From: a virus
Taxonomy: Duplodnaviria > Caudoviricetes
IMG/VR virus record: IMGVR_UViG_3300021425_003554
Strand: one strand, 5' to 3'
DNA: 64,000 bases
Of this stretch, positions 30,393 to 41,433 are shown piece after piece. Under the pieces are notes generated by a model, which saw only the letters and a list, made by a program, of their open reading frames with translations, made no database searches and was not told the DNA's origin. How positions within the stretch are numbered: position 1 is the stretch's first letter; each line of letters begins with the position of its first letter. The position numbers and the translations under genes were made by a program.

Positions 30393-31027
30393 ATACGATT
30401 ATTTACAAATACCTTATCCGGCCAAATATTAATTAGTGTTCTAAATCCTAGATCTTCTAGATATTTTTCAATCTCAATATTACTCGATTGATATTTTTTA
30501 GAATTATTATTCAATTCTATCATTAAAAATTTACATTTTTTTAAAGTTTTTTCACCACCTTTTAAAACTTTCATTTCAAAGCCTTCCACATCAATTTTGA
30601 TCAAATCAACATTATCAAAATTAAAATCGTCAATTGTTTGTAGTTGTATATTACCATTTTCGATTATTCTTTTGGCTTGTGTAAAATCATCATTAGATAG
30701 AGATACCATGTCATTACTATCACCTAACGCAATCATTTTTGGATCAACATTTACATATGGAGCAACGTTTCTGGTCAAACAAGTAAAATGAGTTTTATCT
30801 GGTTCGAAAGCATGAACCCGCTGACTATATTTGGCTATTGCTATTGACCACGTTCCACACCATGCTCCGATGTCTAACACAGTTCTAAAAGTTTGATGTT
30901 GAGACTTGCACCATTCAATAAAACTATTCAAACATTTATTTTGTGTGAAAGGTTGTCCGTTTTTCCATTGCTCGATATGTATATCATTAGATGGTACCCA
31001 TAAATTATTAACTTTCTCTATCTTCAT
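30389..31027 (-). CDS. FkbM-family methyltransferase
   Basis: LDIGAWCG, AFEP, IKIDVEGFE. Confidence 0.9.
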   Translation of the reverse strand: MKIEKVNNLWVPSNDIHIEQWKNGQPFTQNKCLNSFIEWCKSQHQTFRTVLDIGAWCGTWSIAIAKYSQRVHAFEPDKTHFTCLTRNVAPYVNVDPKMIALGDSNDMVSLSNDDFTQAKRIIENGNIQLQTIDDFNFDNVDLIKIDVEGFEMKVLKGGEKTLKKCKFLMIELNNNSKKYQSSNIEIEKYLEDLGFRTLINIWPDKVFVNNRI

Positions 31028-31839
31028 AATATTTTAAGATCCTGTAAAATCTTTACTGCAACACCATTGTCAAATTCTTCCGGAGTGAACTGTTGATAAC
31101 AAAGACTGTTGAACCAGTCCGTGGGGTCTTGCCAGTTGGGATTTTCGATATCTGCTAAATTCGTATTAGTAATTGGTGCCGCAAAACTACTAGGATGACA
31201 AAAAACCGGTATACCCATTGCTATTGCTTCAACGGCAACTGTGCTTACACTAGTCACAACTGCCCAAGCATTTTTAAGATCCTCGGACAATGGCACATCT
31301 GCTTCACTCGGACCACTGGTTCCTCTACCTCTAGGTTTTTCTCTCCATTTAAGCGGACGGTCTGTATACTGACTAAGTTCGTGCATAGTATTAACATGCC
31401 AATTATTTTCACCAAAACAATTTTGCATATTATAACTGCTCGGACATATCAGTATGTGCTCGCCTTTTTTTCTAATGTCATTTATCTTAACGTCAAATTT
31501 TTTAAAACGATCCGAAGGACAACCTTCAATCAAAGGAACGTGTATTCCGTTTTTTGAAATCCTCCACCAATGATTATCTGGTTTTAAATTCTTATTATTA
31601 AATCTTCCAAAGTATGGTGCATCTGTATACCACCAATCTTGTTTGCCATACATTTTTAGGTATTTGATCATGTCAAGATTATGATTTACCAATCCCCAAA
31701 ACATACACGGAGTATCAGGAGATTGCTCGACGCTGTTATCGGCCACAAATACCTTTGTTGGCCATGTTTTTTTAACACCGTTAAAGACTTCCCACGCCTT
31801 ACTCTTGGGATTACTAAACGGTGCGTAAATTGTTAACAT
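31024..31839 (-). CDS. Capsule-polysaccharide (KpsC/KpsS-like) GT-B protein, paralog 1
   Basis: LICPSS..REKP..AVVTSVS..A..GIPVF. Confidence 0.55.
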   Translation of the reverse strand: MLTIYAPFSNPKSKAWEVFNGVKKTWPTKVFVADNSVEQSPDTPCMFWGLVNHNLDMIKYLKMYGKQDWWYTDAPYFGRFNNKNLKPDNHWWRISKNGIHVPLIEGCPSDRFKKFDVKINDIRKKGEHILICPSSYNMQNCFGENNWHVNTMHELSQYTDRPLKWREKPRGRGTSGPSEADVPLSEDLKNAWAVVTSVSTVAVEAIAMGIPVFCHPSSFAAPITNTNLADIENPNWQDPTDWFNSLCYQQFTPEEFDNGVAVKILQDLKIL

Positions 31840-31869
31840 TAATTTAATCTTTTATTAAAAATATTATCT

Positions 31870-31897
31870 TGGACATTTGTATATTTTATAGTATAAT
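31870..31897 (+). promoter_or_regulatory. sigma70-like promoter
   Basis: TGGACA-16 nt-TATAAT, 13 nt before ATG 31911. Confidence 0.45.
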
Positions 31898-31910
31898 TAA
31901 CAGAAATACA

Positions 31911-32990
31911 ATGATTTATAAAAATATTACCAGCATAAAGTATTTTGAAGAACGATTTCAAAAATACGACTCGGCAATAAGTTACTCGGTAAACTATCAC
32001 GAACAAGCACCACAAACAGAGTTTGTTTCAAATCCAACATTTGTGGGGTCGTTTAATGACTGTGTTGTACATAGTTTGCCTTTTTTGATTACAAATGATA
32101 ACCATCTGATCACAAATCATGTATGGCCTTTATTAGATAAAGTAAGGAACAAACCAAATAAATCACATAATTTATGGACAAAATGGGGAGACAATGTTGA
32201 CATAGATCTTCCGTCAGTCTCAAAAGTTTTCAACGAAGAGCAAACCTATGTGTGGTTGCCTATCGACGAACCCAGTTCAGAAAATCCATGGCACATCTGG
32301 ATAGATATTGTATCTAAATTTAGATTGGTGTTAAATGTTTGTAACAAACCCTTAAAAGATTTTGTTTTCATTTTAAGTAATGAAAGCAAGTATTTTAATC
32401 GTGTTGTAAAAGAAATTTTTCCCAATATAAAATATCATGTGATGCCTAAACAATCAGTTTGGAAATTTAAACATTTGATAGTACCAACAATGAGCAATCA
32501 CAAAGACGGCATACTTGTGCCCGACATGGCGACCTGGATTAGAAAAAATATACAAATTAAAAGTAGTGCTAACAACAGAAAAATTTTTATATCGAGAGAT
32601 GATGCAGTTATTAGAAAATTAACAAATTCCGAGGAGTTGTTCATGTTCTTGAAAGGATGGGAAATAGTGACCTTATCAAAATTAACTATCAAAGAACAGA
32701 TGAAAGTATTCGCAGAGGCTTCACACGTAATGAGCACACATGGTGCCGGTTTGACAAATCTTTTATGGTGTCAACCCGGAACCAAAGTATACGAATTAAG
32801 TGTTCCAGAACAGATAACAAAAAAAGTTTATCCAGTATTAAGTTATTGCTTACATTTGAAGCATAAAGTAATATTAGGTGAATTAGTTAAACTTAATTTT
32901 GACAAAAAACCTTCTAATATAAAACGTTTGAGAAACGACGGAAATATTAGAATAAATGTAAAAGATGTATTAGAAAAAATAAATCAATGA
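31911..32990 (+). CDS. Glycosyltransferase family 61 (DUF563)
   Basis: IFISR..R.L.N..E; EQMKVF..A..V...HGAGLTN. Confidence 0.85.
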   Translation: MIYKNITSIKYFEERFQKYDSAISYSVNYHEQAPQTEFVSNPTFVGSFNDCVVHSLPFLITNDNHLITNHVWPLLDKVRNKPNKSHNLWTKWGDNVDIDLPSVSKVFNEEQTYVWLPIDEPSSENPWHIWIDIVSKFRLVLNVCNKPLKDFVFILSNESKYFNRVVKEIFPNIKYHVMPKQSVWKFKHLIVPTMSNHKDGILVPDMATWIRKNIQIKSSANNRKIFISRDDAVIRKLTNSEELFMFLKGWEIVTLSKLTIKEQMKVFAEASHVMSTHGAGLTNLLWCQPGTKVYELSVPEQITKKVYPVLSYCLHLKHKVILGELVKLNFDKKPSNIKRLRNDGNIRINVKDVLEKINQ

Positions 32991-33802
32991 TTTACTTGAG
33001 CAATACCAACCGGAAAGTTACTGAAAAGTATATTGAATTTTTTCATAAAGGAATAAAAGATTCCTTAATAATTCCAACCAACGAGATATCGTCAAAGAAA
33101 GATATTGACGCTATTTGTTTTTTTGGTATTTTAAGAGGAACAAATTTAATTTGGGAATTTTGTAAAAAGAATAAAATCAATTTCTTTTACATGGATAGAC
33201 CGTATTGGGGAGAAAGCAGAACATCACCTCACTGGCTAAGGATAGTAAAAAACAACCATGTTAAAAATATGTTAGAGCAAAGACCCGATGACCGTTTTAA
33301 ACAATCGTATAAAGGAGATATAAAACCTTATCATAAAAGCGGTAAAAAAATATTAGTTTGTCCGCCAACCGAATCAATTGGTATTTTTTTTAATTGTACG
33401 AACTGGCTAGATGATACGTTGAAAATTCTTAGACAGCATACCGATAGAGAAATTTTAATTAGAGATAAGCCTTACAACCCGTCAGCATTTTTAGGAAAAG
33501 ACGGAATAATACACACAGGAAAAAATACCACTATGACAGACAAGGAAAAGATCAACTGGAATGACATCCATGCTGTGGTAACTTTTAATAGTTCAATAAC
33601 ACTCAAGGCATTGGCTAATGGAGTTCCGGTATTTACAGATGAAAACAATTGTGCTTTTCCAATAGCAGAAAAAGACTTTTCAAAAATTGAAAAACCATTG
33701 TATCAAGATCCCAGGCCGTTGTTTTACAGTCTTGCTTATGGTCAGTTTAATGCAAATGAAATGTCGGATGGAACAGCATGGAGAACATTAAATGGATGTT
33801 GA
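32987..33802 (+). CDS. KpsC/KpsS-like GT-B protein, paralog 2
   Basis: LVCPPT..RDKP..AVVTFNSS..A..GVPVF. Confidence 0.55.
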   Translation: MIYLSNTNRKVTEKYIEFFHKGIKDSLIIPTNEISSKKDIDAICFFGILRGTNLIWEFCKKNKINFFYMDRPYWGESRTSPHWLRIVKNNHVKNMLEQRPDDRFKQSYKGDIKPYHKSGKKILVCPPTESIGIFFNCTNWLDDTLKILRQHTDREILIRDKPYNPSAFLGKDGIIHTGKNTTMTDKEKINWNDIHAVVTFNSSITLKALANGVPVFTDENNCAFPIAEKDFSKIEKPLYQDPRPLFYSLAYGQFNANEMSDGTAWRTLNGC

Positions 33803-34775
33803 AATTTTTAGAAGAACAGTAAAAGATAGGAAAAGAGGAGCCAGTTGGAAATTACTAGAAGACATGGCCGACGGAATTCGTGCTTGTGGAGATAATCCAA
33901 TTATTATAAACAAAAATAAAGAAGGACCCACAGAACCGGGAGAAATGGTTCCAACCACAAAAATCTGTTGTATGTTTGGCTATGGTGGCACAAATCAAAA
34001 ACATCACACAAAAGGAAGACGTCTCGAACTTGTTAATAATGCAAAATCTAAAGGATCTTATGTTATAACATTCGATGGAGGAATTCTTTCTAGTTTTGGA
34101 AATACTATAACACACCCCGAACATCATTGGCGAGTATCTTTATTCAGTCCAATGAATAATGGAAATTTTTTATCGGATAATTCACCAAAGGACAGATGGG
34201 AAAATATGTGTAAAATTTGGAATGTCAAATACGAACCATGGAGAAAATCTAATACAAACGATCCAATATTGTTTGTTCTTCAGCCACAAGACAACTGGTC
34301 GATGAACGAATTAGATCCTATTAAATGGCTTAATGACGTGTATAATAAAATCAGACCGTTAACAAATCGACCGTTGATGGCTAGGCCACATCCAAATCAT
34401 ATGGCACAAATGATCAAAAGAAAAAACGAACTACCTAAAGATGTAGAACTATTAAGTGGACCGACTAGTTGGTCTGGGGATAATAAAAAATATTATAGAT
34501 TTAATTTTCAAGACGTAATTGCAAACTGTCATGCAGTAATAAGTCATAACTCAACTGCAACTGTTGATAGTTGTATTAGAGGAATTCCAACATTCTGTAC
34601 TTCGGATTTAGCATTATGTTGGCCTGTAGCAAATAAAGATCTAACAATGATAGAAACCCCAGAACTTCCTGATCGAACGCAATGGGTATATGATATAGGC
34701 TATAAGATGTGGAGTACTGAAGAAATCAAAAGTGGAAAAGTTTTTAAAAGATTCAAGGAAAAATTAGGATTATGA
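33792..34775 (+). CDS. KpsC/KpsS-like GT-B protein, paralog 3
   Basis: RPHP..AVISHNST..S..GIPTF. Confidence 0.55.
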   Translation: MDVEIFRRTVKDRKRGASWKLLEDMADGIRACGDNPIIINKNKEGPTEPGEMVPTTKICCMFGYGGTNQKHHTKGRRLELVNNAKSKGSYVITFDGGILSSFGNTITHPEHHWRVSLFSPMNNGNFLSDNSPKDRWENMCKIWNVKYEPWRKSNTNDPILFVLQPQDNWSMNELDPIKWLNDVYNKIRPLTNRPLMARPHPNHMAQMIKRKNELPKDVELLSGPTSWSGDNKKYYRFNFQDVIANCHAVISHNSTATVDSCIRGIPTFCTSDLALCWPVANKDLTMIETPELPDRTQWVYDIGYKMWSTEEIKSGKVFKRFKEKLGL

Positions 34776-35551
34776 AATTTGCTAGATTCACTAGAATAGA
34801 ACAGGAATTAGAAAGTTGTGCTTTCTTAATTTTAAGTTTTCCTCGTTGTGGAAGAACATGGATGAAACATTTACTTGGTTATTATATTGAAAAAAAATAC
34901 GAAGTCCCTTTTACTAAATGGTTAGATAGACCTAGGAAAGGAATACCTCGTATTAGTTTTCGACACGATTTTATGAGCACCACAGGACATATCCCATGGG
35001 ACGTGTATTTTGAAATACAAGATAATAAAAAATTTATTTTTACGGACAGCATGAAACATAATAAAATTGTTTATCTTTTTAGAGATCCGTTGGATGTGTT
35101 ATTCAGTTATTGGCCTTACTTGCAAAGTATTCCATATAAAAATTTTACACCACCACAATATGAAAATATTTTAGACTTCGCACACGATAAAAAATGGGGT
35201 TTGAATATCATAATAAATTTTATGAATATGCAAGTTGAACACTATAAACAAAATACCAATAATAAACTTGTTATCAATTACGAAAATATGAAAAACAAAG
35301 ACACCGAATGGGAAAAATTAATCACTTTTATTTTTGGGGATTTTGATAAAAATATATTTCTTTATGCCAACGAACAAACGAAATTTTCTAAAATGCAAGA
35401 AAAAAATGATAAAAATAAGCCAGAAGATATAAGATTTTATAGACGCGGAGGTTCAAACTATATTAATGAATTACCAATATCACAACAAGAAATTTTAAAA
35501 AGTTGGCCGGGACTAAATCAAATTAAAAATAATATAAAAAATATAAGTTAA
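34772..35551 (+). CDS. Sulfotransferase-domain protein
   Basis: SFPRCGRTW (5'-PSB loop) and RDPLDVLFS (3'-PB). Confidence 0.8.
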   Translation: MKFARFTRIEQELESCAFLILSFPRCGRTWMKHLLGYYIEKKYEVPFTKWLDRPRKGIPRISFRHDFMSTTGHIPWDVYFEIQDNKKFIFTDSMKHNKIVYLFRDPLDVLFSYWPYLQSIPYKNFTPPQYENILDFAHDKKWGLNIIINFMNMQVEHYKQNTNNKLVINYENMKNKDTEWEKLITFIFGDFDKNIFLYANEQTKFSKMQEKNDKNKPEDIRFYRRGGSNYINELPISQQEILKSWPGLNQIKNNIKNIS

Positions 35552-35565
35552 ATATAAAAATCATA

Positions 35566-36474
35566 ATGAAAATTAAAGTAATAACATCGTACAAACCGGG
35601 TACCTGGGAACAATATTCTCGTAAAGGAATTGAAAGTATGGCTCATAATTTCCCGGCAGACGTTGATATAGTAGTATATGCAGAAGAACCAAAGCCTCAA
35701 TGCAGTTATGAAAGAATAAAATGGATTGATTTAAACTCCGCCGAACCAGAATTATTTAATTTTAAAAACAAACACAAACACGATCCTGTCGCCAACGGAG
35801 AACTTCAAGAGATACCAGGCGGTGTAAGAAGACCAATTGAGCTGAAAGACAAAGGTGGAAAAGATGCTACCAAAGGATCATTTTTATGGGCGGCTGTTCG
35901 ATTTGCTAACAAAGTGTTCTGTGTTATTAACGGTGTAAGAAATTCTAAAGATTACGATTATGTCATATGGGTCGATGCAGATACTTTTACATTTAGACCT
36001 GTACCAAAAAACTTTTTTGAATCTTTATTACCAGAAAACACCATGGTCACTTACCTAGGAAGAGAAAATCCCAATTTAAAGGATGGCGGAAAATATCCGG
36101 AATGTGGTTTTGTTGGTTATAATTTAAAACATCATGAGATACAAAATTTCGTAAACGAATGGGAACAACTTTATGTGACCGACGAAGTATTTAAATTATT
36201 GGAATGGCATGATTCATATGTGTTTTGGCATCTTGTAAAAAAATATCAAAAAGAAAAACATATAGCAGTCAACGATATAGGATACTGGAAAGGCATAAAA
36301 GGTCATCATGTTTTTGTTAATAGCGAACTTGGACTTTACATGGATCACATGAAAGGAAAAAGAAAAAAATTAGGGAGCAGTGCCAAAAATGATTTTAGAC
36401 AACAAAAATTAACAGATGTAAAAAACTTAACAGAAATAGAATACTGGACAAAAGTTCCACCAACATTAAAATGA
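35566..36474 (+). CDS. Glycosyltransferase (GT-A fold)
   Basis: AVRFANKVF, WVDAD (DxD), ECGFVGYN, EWHDSYVF. Confidence 0.75.
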   Translation: MKIKVITSYKPGTWEQYSRKGIESMAHNFPADVDIVVYAEEPKPQCSYERIKWIDLNSAEPELFNFKNKHKHDPVANGELQEIPGGVRRPIELKDKGGKDATKGSFLWAAVRFANKVFCVINGVRNSKDYDYVIWVDADTFTFRPVPKNFFESLLPENTMVTYLGRENPNLKDGGKYPECGFVGYNLKHHEIQNFVNEWEQLYVTDEVFKLLEWHDSYVFWHLVKKYQKEKHIAVNDIGYWKGIKGHHVFVNSELGLYMDHMKGKRKKLGSSAKNDFRQQKLTDVKNLTEIEYWTKVPPTLK

Positions 36475-37346
36475 AAATAGCAATCTTTCCAGAATACGGT
36501 AGTTTAAATTCAAAGCCTGTGTTTGATGCATTCATAAAACATCTACAAGAAAAAAATGAAAAGATTATGATTAACAAGTACGATAACACTTGTGATATTG
36601 CTGTTATATGGAGTGTGCTTTGGCGGGGAAGAATGGAAAAAAACAAGGAAGTTTGGGATTTTTTTAAAAAACATAATAAGCCAATAGTAGTATTAGAAGT
36701 GGGTGGAATCAAAAGAAATGTCACATGGAAAATGGGAATAAACGGAATTAATAGAGACGCCGATTTTGCCAATCATGTTTTTGATGACAAGAGATGGCCA
36801 AAATTTAATATAGAAATGAAACCATGGAAGAAAACTGGAAATGTCATTGTAATATGTGGACAACACGATACTAGTAACCAATGGGTAGGGCAACCCAAAA
36901 TGAATGTGTGGGTTGAACAACAAATAAAAGAAATAAGAAAATATACACAACGCCCGATCTTGGTTAGACCGCATCCTAGAAATCCTTTTGAATTAAAAAA
37001 TAAAACATGGCCCGCTGTAAGAATCAAACGTCCTATAAGAGATTTATCAACATACGACGATACAGATTTTAAAAAAACATTGACATCCACGTGGGCAGTT
37101 ATTAATCATTCTTCTAATCCTGCCATGGAATCTGTATTCAATGGTATACCTGTGTTTGTATCGGAATCTAGTTTATGTTATGACGTAGGAAATAGTTCAA
37201 TCACAGATATAGAACATCCGGCTATGCCAAACAGACAACAATGGGCAAATAAATTAGCATATACAGAATGGACAACTGACGAAATTAGAGACGGTATACC
37301 ATGGAGAAGAATTAGAGAAAGGTTGTTAGAAAAATACATTAAATAA
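36471..37346 (+). CDS. KpsC/KpsS-like GT-B protein, paralog 4
   Basis: ICGQ..RPHP..AVINHSSN..S..GIPVF. Confidence 0.55.
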   Translation: MKIAIFPEYGSLNSKPVFDAFIKHLQEKNEKIMINKYDNTCDIAVIWSVLWRGRMEKNKEVWDFFKKHNKPIVVLEVGGIKRNVTWKMGINGINRDADFANHVFDDKRWPKFNIEMKPWKKTGNVIVICGQHDTSNQWVGQPKMNVWVEQQIKEIRKYTQRPILVRPHPRNPFELKNKTWPAVRIKRPIRDLSTYDDTDFKKTLTSTWAVINHSSNPAMESVFNGIPVFVSESSLCYDVGNSSITDIEHPAMPNRQQWANKLAYTEWTTDEIRDGIPWRRIRERLLEKYIK

Positions 37347-37350
37347 AATT

Positions 37351-38094
37351 ATGAAAATAGTACATGATAAAAGAAAAGGTGTTATTGATCCGATTGAATG
37401 GGAACCTTATACAGGTGAAACAGTTATTGTGAGGACCGTGATAAAAGGTGGAAAGAAAACTCAAGAAACTGCTTTTTTTGAGGACAAAGTCAAAGCGGTT
37501 CCAACGGGAAATGCTTATTGTATCGGTAACGGACCAAGTCGTAAAAATTTTGATTTAACCTTATTAAAATCTACCGGACAAACGTATGGGTGTAATGCAT
37601 TATATAGAGATTTTACTCCAGACTATTTGTTTACAGTTGATAGACAAATGACAAAAGAAATTGTAGAAAATGAAGTTGATAAAAAAACTGTGTGTTATGC
37701 TCCTAGTTTGGAAGTAAATGCATATCCAGAAGCAAAATTAAATCTTATCCCGTACAACCAACACTATACCAGTGGTAATCAAGCCATATGGACAGCGGCC
37801 ATACACGGTCATAAAAATATCTACCTAATTGGATTTGATTTTAGAGAATACGGTAAGGGAGAACTAAACAACATTTATCAAGATTCAAAAAACTATGGAG
37901 AAAGAAATAGTGATATGATCTTTACCGAATGGTACAGCACTTTTCGAAAAATAATTAAACAACGACCTTATTGTAATTTTATAATTGTTCATGACAATCC
38001 TCCAAACTACTTGTACAATACTCAAACAGGAACAGATCTAGGCAATACTAAATTAATAACTTATAGAGAATTTACAGAGTCAATCCTAAATTAA
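37351..38094 (+). CDS. MptE/Maf-like or sialyltransferase-like nucleotide-binding protein
   Basis: CIGNGPSR, YGCNALYR..PDY, SG..A..A..G..IYLIGFD. Confidence 0.55.
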   Translation: MKIVHDKRKGVIDPIEWEPYTGETVIVRTVIKGGKKTQETAFFEDKVKAVPTGNAYCIGNGPSRKNFDLTLLKSTGQTYGCNALYRDFTPDYLFTVDRQMTKEIVENEVDKKTVCYAPSLEVNAYPEAKLNLIPYNQHYTSGNQAIWTAAIHGHKNIYLIGFDFREYGKGELNNIYQDSKNYGERNSDMIFTEWYSTFRKIIKQRPYCNFIIVHDNPPNYLYNTQTGTDLGNTKLITYREFTESILN

Positions 38095-38548
38095 GTTTTT
38101 GTAGTTTGCTACGCCAACTGTAAAAGGATTTATTATGATTTGCTGTCTTGTCTTTTTTTATGGTCATTTGCCATAAATGAATCATTTCGTGTGCTAGTGT
38201 TTCAACAAAATCTTTCCAGGTAGGATACTTATAATTCATGTCTATATAATACTCGATAGAATGATGTTCTATATGAGGTATGTTTCCTTCCGGTACTTTT
38301 ACTACCCGAGCGTCCCAGGCACAGATACACTGCCCCCAGCAATCCTTTAATCTTCTTATGTAAAAAGGAGGCATTTTTAATGAGTTCTCAAATAGTCCTT
38401 TGTTTAATATATTGAACCAACTCTGACATTGTGCCACTGTTGGTCTATGATCCGTTACTTTGGCTCTTTTTTCTAGAGCATTTTTTACCTGATATCGCAC
38501 TTTTTTGAGTGCTAATTTTGATACTTTTTTTTGTTTTTTTAACTTCAT
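38072..38548 (-). CDS. SprT-like zinc metalloprotease
   Basis: TLAHEMIHLWQ (HExxH) and ANHNKSF. Confidence 0.75.
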   Translation of the reverse strand: MKLKKQKKVSKLALKKVRYQVKNALEKRAKVTDHRPTVAQCQSWFNILNKGLFENSLKMPPFYIRRLKDCWGQCICAWDARVVKVPEGNIPHIEHHSIEYYIDMNYKYPTWKDFVETLAHEMIHLWQMTIKKDKTANHNKSFYSWRSKLQKLNLGLTL

Positions 38549-38572
38549 ATAAAGTACGCACATAATGGGTGG

Positions 38573-38600
38573 TTGACTTTATTACCATATGTGCTATAAT
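38573..38600 (+). promoter_or_regulatory. Strong sigma70 promoter
   Basis: TTGACT-16 nt with TGn-TATAAT. Confidence 0.7.
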
Positions 38601-38619
38601 ATAATTATCAAAAATTACC

Positions 38620-39945
38620 ATGCGTAAAACAACTAACATTTCTATATCAACAATTGAAGCCGCTATACGTGTTTTAGCGTATAATGAGTATTTTTGGGAA
38701 GGATTTCAACCTCATCATAAAGACAAAAAAACGGTGATAAGTTTAGCCGACTCGCCTTATACTTGGACAGAGAAACAGGCAAAACTGGCTTTGGCAATAC
38801 TAAAAAGATATCACACACTTTTTCAAAAATACCAAATTGACCTTTCTGACTTATTAAACAATCCCATATACGAAAATCCTTTTAGAATAATTGACTTTGT
38901 TAAATCAGTTGATGTTTATGTCGATGAAGAATTAAAGAAAGAAATTATTGAATTAAAATTTCCGTACGATGAAAAGATTATTAGACTGATAAGGTGCTTA
39001 AAAAATCATAAAACAGAAAGTCTATTACCAATGAGTTACGACGGAGAATCAAAAAAATGGATCATACCTTACACCGAAGTTACTTGTTATTATGTAACAT
39101 TGATAGCAGTGAGATATGACTTCAAAATTTTGAATACTGTTTTACTAGACGATTACGAGGAAATAAAAAAAGAAAAAATTTTATATAAAACTCCTTGTAT
39201 TAAATTTGAAAATAAAGAATTATCTATAGTAAACGGTAATGAAAATTTAGTAGACTGGTGGAACGAATATCAAAAGAAAAATATTTTACATCAATTTGAC
39301 GTAATAAAAAACTTACAAATTGATTCCTTAATACCTAAAATTGATTTAACCAATAACAAATTATCAGAAAAAATTGCTTTATCGATGAAAACAGATTTGT
39401 GGATAGATAGAACAAAATATTCAAAAGTAGATTTTTTAAAAGCATTAGAAGAATTAGATATGTTTCCAGCAATAGCACCCATGAGCGGACTTCTTGAAAA
39501 TTTTAAACAAGTAACCGAATTTGAAGAATGGTATGAAGCATTTTATAAAATGAACTATGATGTAAATCAAATAGCCTGGGGAGTAACACTAGAAGATCCG
39601 CCAGATGTTTATAATTCACAAAGAGAAAAAGATTTTGTGTATGCTGGAGACCCAGATTACATTTATGGTAAAGATACATCATTGAGCGATAGAATGTTGA
39701 TGCAGGATAGGTGGTTTAATATAGTGTTAGAATCTAAAGCATCAAAATACATAGACAAAAATACCAAAATTATAATTATTCGAAACAGAATACCAAGAAC
39801 ATTAATCAAATCAAAAGTAAAAATAAAATGTAGTTTTGCTTTACAAGATACCGTATTTTGGCCAACATCGTCGGAATCTATTAAGAGAATGGTTGATAAC
39901 CTTCCAAAAAGATTGTATTATATTAGTACAAAACCAAGTTTTTAA
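38620..39945 (+). CDS. Hypothetical protein
   Basis: 441-aa ORF after a strong promoter. Confidence 0.65.
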   Translation: MRKTTNISISTIEAAIRVLAYNEYFWEGFQPHHKDKKTVISLADSPYTWTEKQAKLALAILKRYHTLFQKYQIDLSDLLNNPIYENPFRIIDFVKSVDVYVDEELKKEIIELKFPYDEKIIRLIRCLKNHKTESLLPMSYDGESKKWIIPYTEVTCYYVTLIAVRYDFKILNTVLLDDYEEIKKEKILYKTPCIKFENKELSIVNGNENLVDWWNEYQKKNILHQFDVIKNLQIDSLIPKIDLTNNKLSEKIALSMKTDLWIDRTKYSKVDFLKALEELDMFPAIAPMSGLLENFKQVTEFEEWYEAFYKMNYDVNQIAWGVTLEDPPDVYNSQREKDFVYAGDPDYIYGKDTSLSDRMLMQDRWFNIVLESKASKYIDKNTKIIIIRNRIPRTLIKSKVKIKCSFALQDTVFWPTSSESIKRMVDNLPKRLYYISTKPSF

Positions 39946-39963
39946 AACTGATATAAAACAATT

Positions 39964-41433
39964 ATGAGTTCATGTAAATTAGTAATTAAGGATGAAGTGA
40001 ATGTTAAATTTGAAAATTTATCATTAGAGTTTCGTAAAAAATTACACAATAAATTTAAATTTGAGATTCCATATGCCCGTCATCTACCAGCAGTGAAATT
40101 AGGAAGATGGGATGGAAAAGTTAGTTTTTTTGGTTTGGGAGGTACCAGTTATCTAGCATTAGTGCCTCAAATTTTACCAATACTTGAAGAACATAATGTT
40201 TATGTCGACCTTAACGACGAGCGTGAAAATCATAATTTTGAATTTAAACTGATAGACAAAAATTATTTAAGTGATATTACTTGGCCCACAAATCATCCGT
40301 GTGGAGGACAACCGATAGAATTACGAGACTATCAAGTCGAAATAATTAATAAATTTTTAGAAAATCCTCAGTGTATACAAGAAGTTGCCACCGGTGCAGG
40401 TAAAACAATTATCACTGCCGCACTATGTAAACTAGTCGAAGATTACGGAAGAACATTAACAATAGTTCCAAATAAAAGTTTAGTAACACAAACCGAGGAC
40501 GATTTTCTTGCTTGTAATTTAGATGTGGGAGTTTATTATGGAGATCGCAAAGAACTAGGAAGACAAAACACAATAGCCACTTGGCAATCTCTTAATGTGC
40601 TAGAAAAAAGAAGTAAAGACGATCACTCTACTGAATTTTTAGAAGCAATACAAAATGTCAATACAATTATAGTTGACGAGGTACATATGGCCAAGGCCGA
40701 TGTTTTAAAAAGAATGTTGACGGGACCATTTGCTCATTGTGGTATACGTTGGGGTCTCACAGGAACAGTGCCTAAAGCAGATTTTGAATTTTATGGATTA
40801 AAATGTTCAATTGGTGAAGTTGTAAATAAAATACCCGCTAAAGAATTACAAGATAAAGGAGTGTTAGCAAAATGTGATGTAAATATTTTACAAACACAAG
40901 ATCATCCTGCATTTAAAAATTATCAAGAAGAATTAAAATGGCTGACAACAGATGAAACACGAATGGAATGGATTGCTAAAACTGTTGACAGTATAGCAAG
41001 TTCAGGTAATACATTAATTTTAGTTGATAGAATATCTGCTGGAGAGATTTTAGAAAAAAAATTGAAAGGATCAACTTTTATTTCGGGAGCAACAAAAAAT
41101 ATAGATAGAAAGGAACACTATGATGAAGTATCTACTGCAACAAATAAAATTATTATTGCCACATATGGAGTTGCCAGTGTTGGCATTAATATCCCTCGTA
41201 TTTTTAATTTGGTTCTTATAGAACCTGGTAAATCGTTTGTCAGAGTAATACAATCGATAGGACGAGGAATAAGAAAAGCCGAAGATAAAGATTCAGTACA
41301 AATCTGGGATATAACCAGTTCGTGTAAATTTGCAAAAAGACATTTAACTGAAAGAAAAAAGTTTTACAAAGAGGCAAATTACCCTTATAATATAGATAAA
41401 ATAAATTATGAAAATCCTTACATTAGAAAATAG
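39964..41433 (+). CDS. uvsW: Superfamily 2 DNA helicase
   Basis: LRDYQ, VATGAGKT, VDEVH, GLTGT, QSIGRGIR. Confidence 0.93.
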   Translation: MSSCKLVIKDEVNVKFENLSLEFRKKLHNKFKFEIPYARHLPAVKLGRWDGKVSFFGLGGTSYLALVPQILPILEEHNVYVDLNDERENHNFEFKLIDKNYLSDITWPTNHPCGGQPIELRDYQVEIINKFLENPQCIQEVATGAGKTIITAALCKLVEDYGRTLTIVPNKSLVTQTEDDFLACNLDVGVYYGDRKELGRQNTIATWQSLNVLEKRSKDDHSTEFLEAIQNVNTIIVDEVHMAKADVLKRMLTGPFAHCGIRWGLTGTVPKADFEFYGLKCSIGEVVNKIPAKELQDKGVLAKCDVNILQTQDHPAFKNYQEELKWLTTDETRMEWIAKTVDSIASSGNTLILVDRISAGEILEKKLKGSTFISGATKNIDRKEHYDEVSTATNKIIIATYGVASVGINIPRIFNLVLIEPGKSFVRVIQSIGRGIRKAEDKDSVQIWDITSSCKFAKRHLTERKKFYKEANYPYNIDKINYENPYIRK

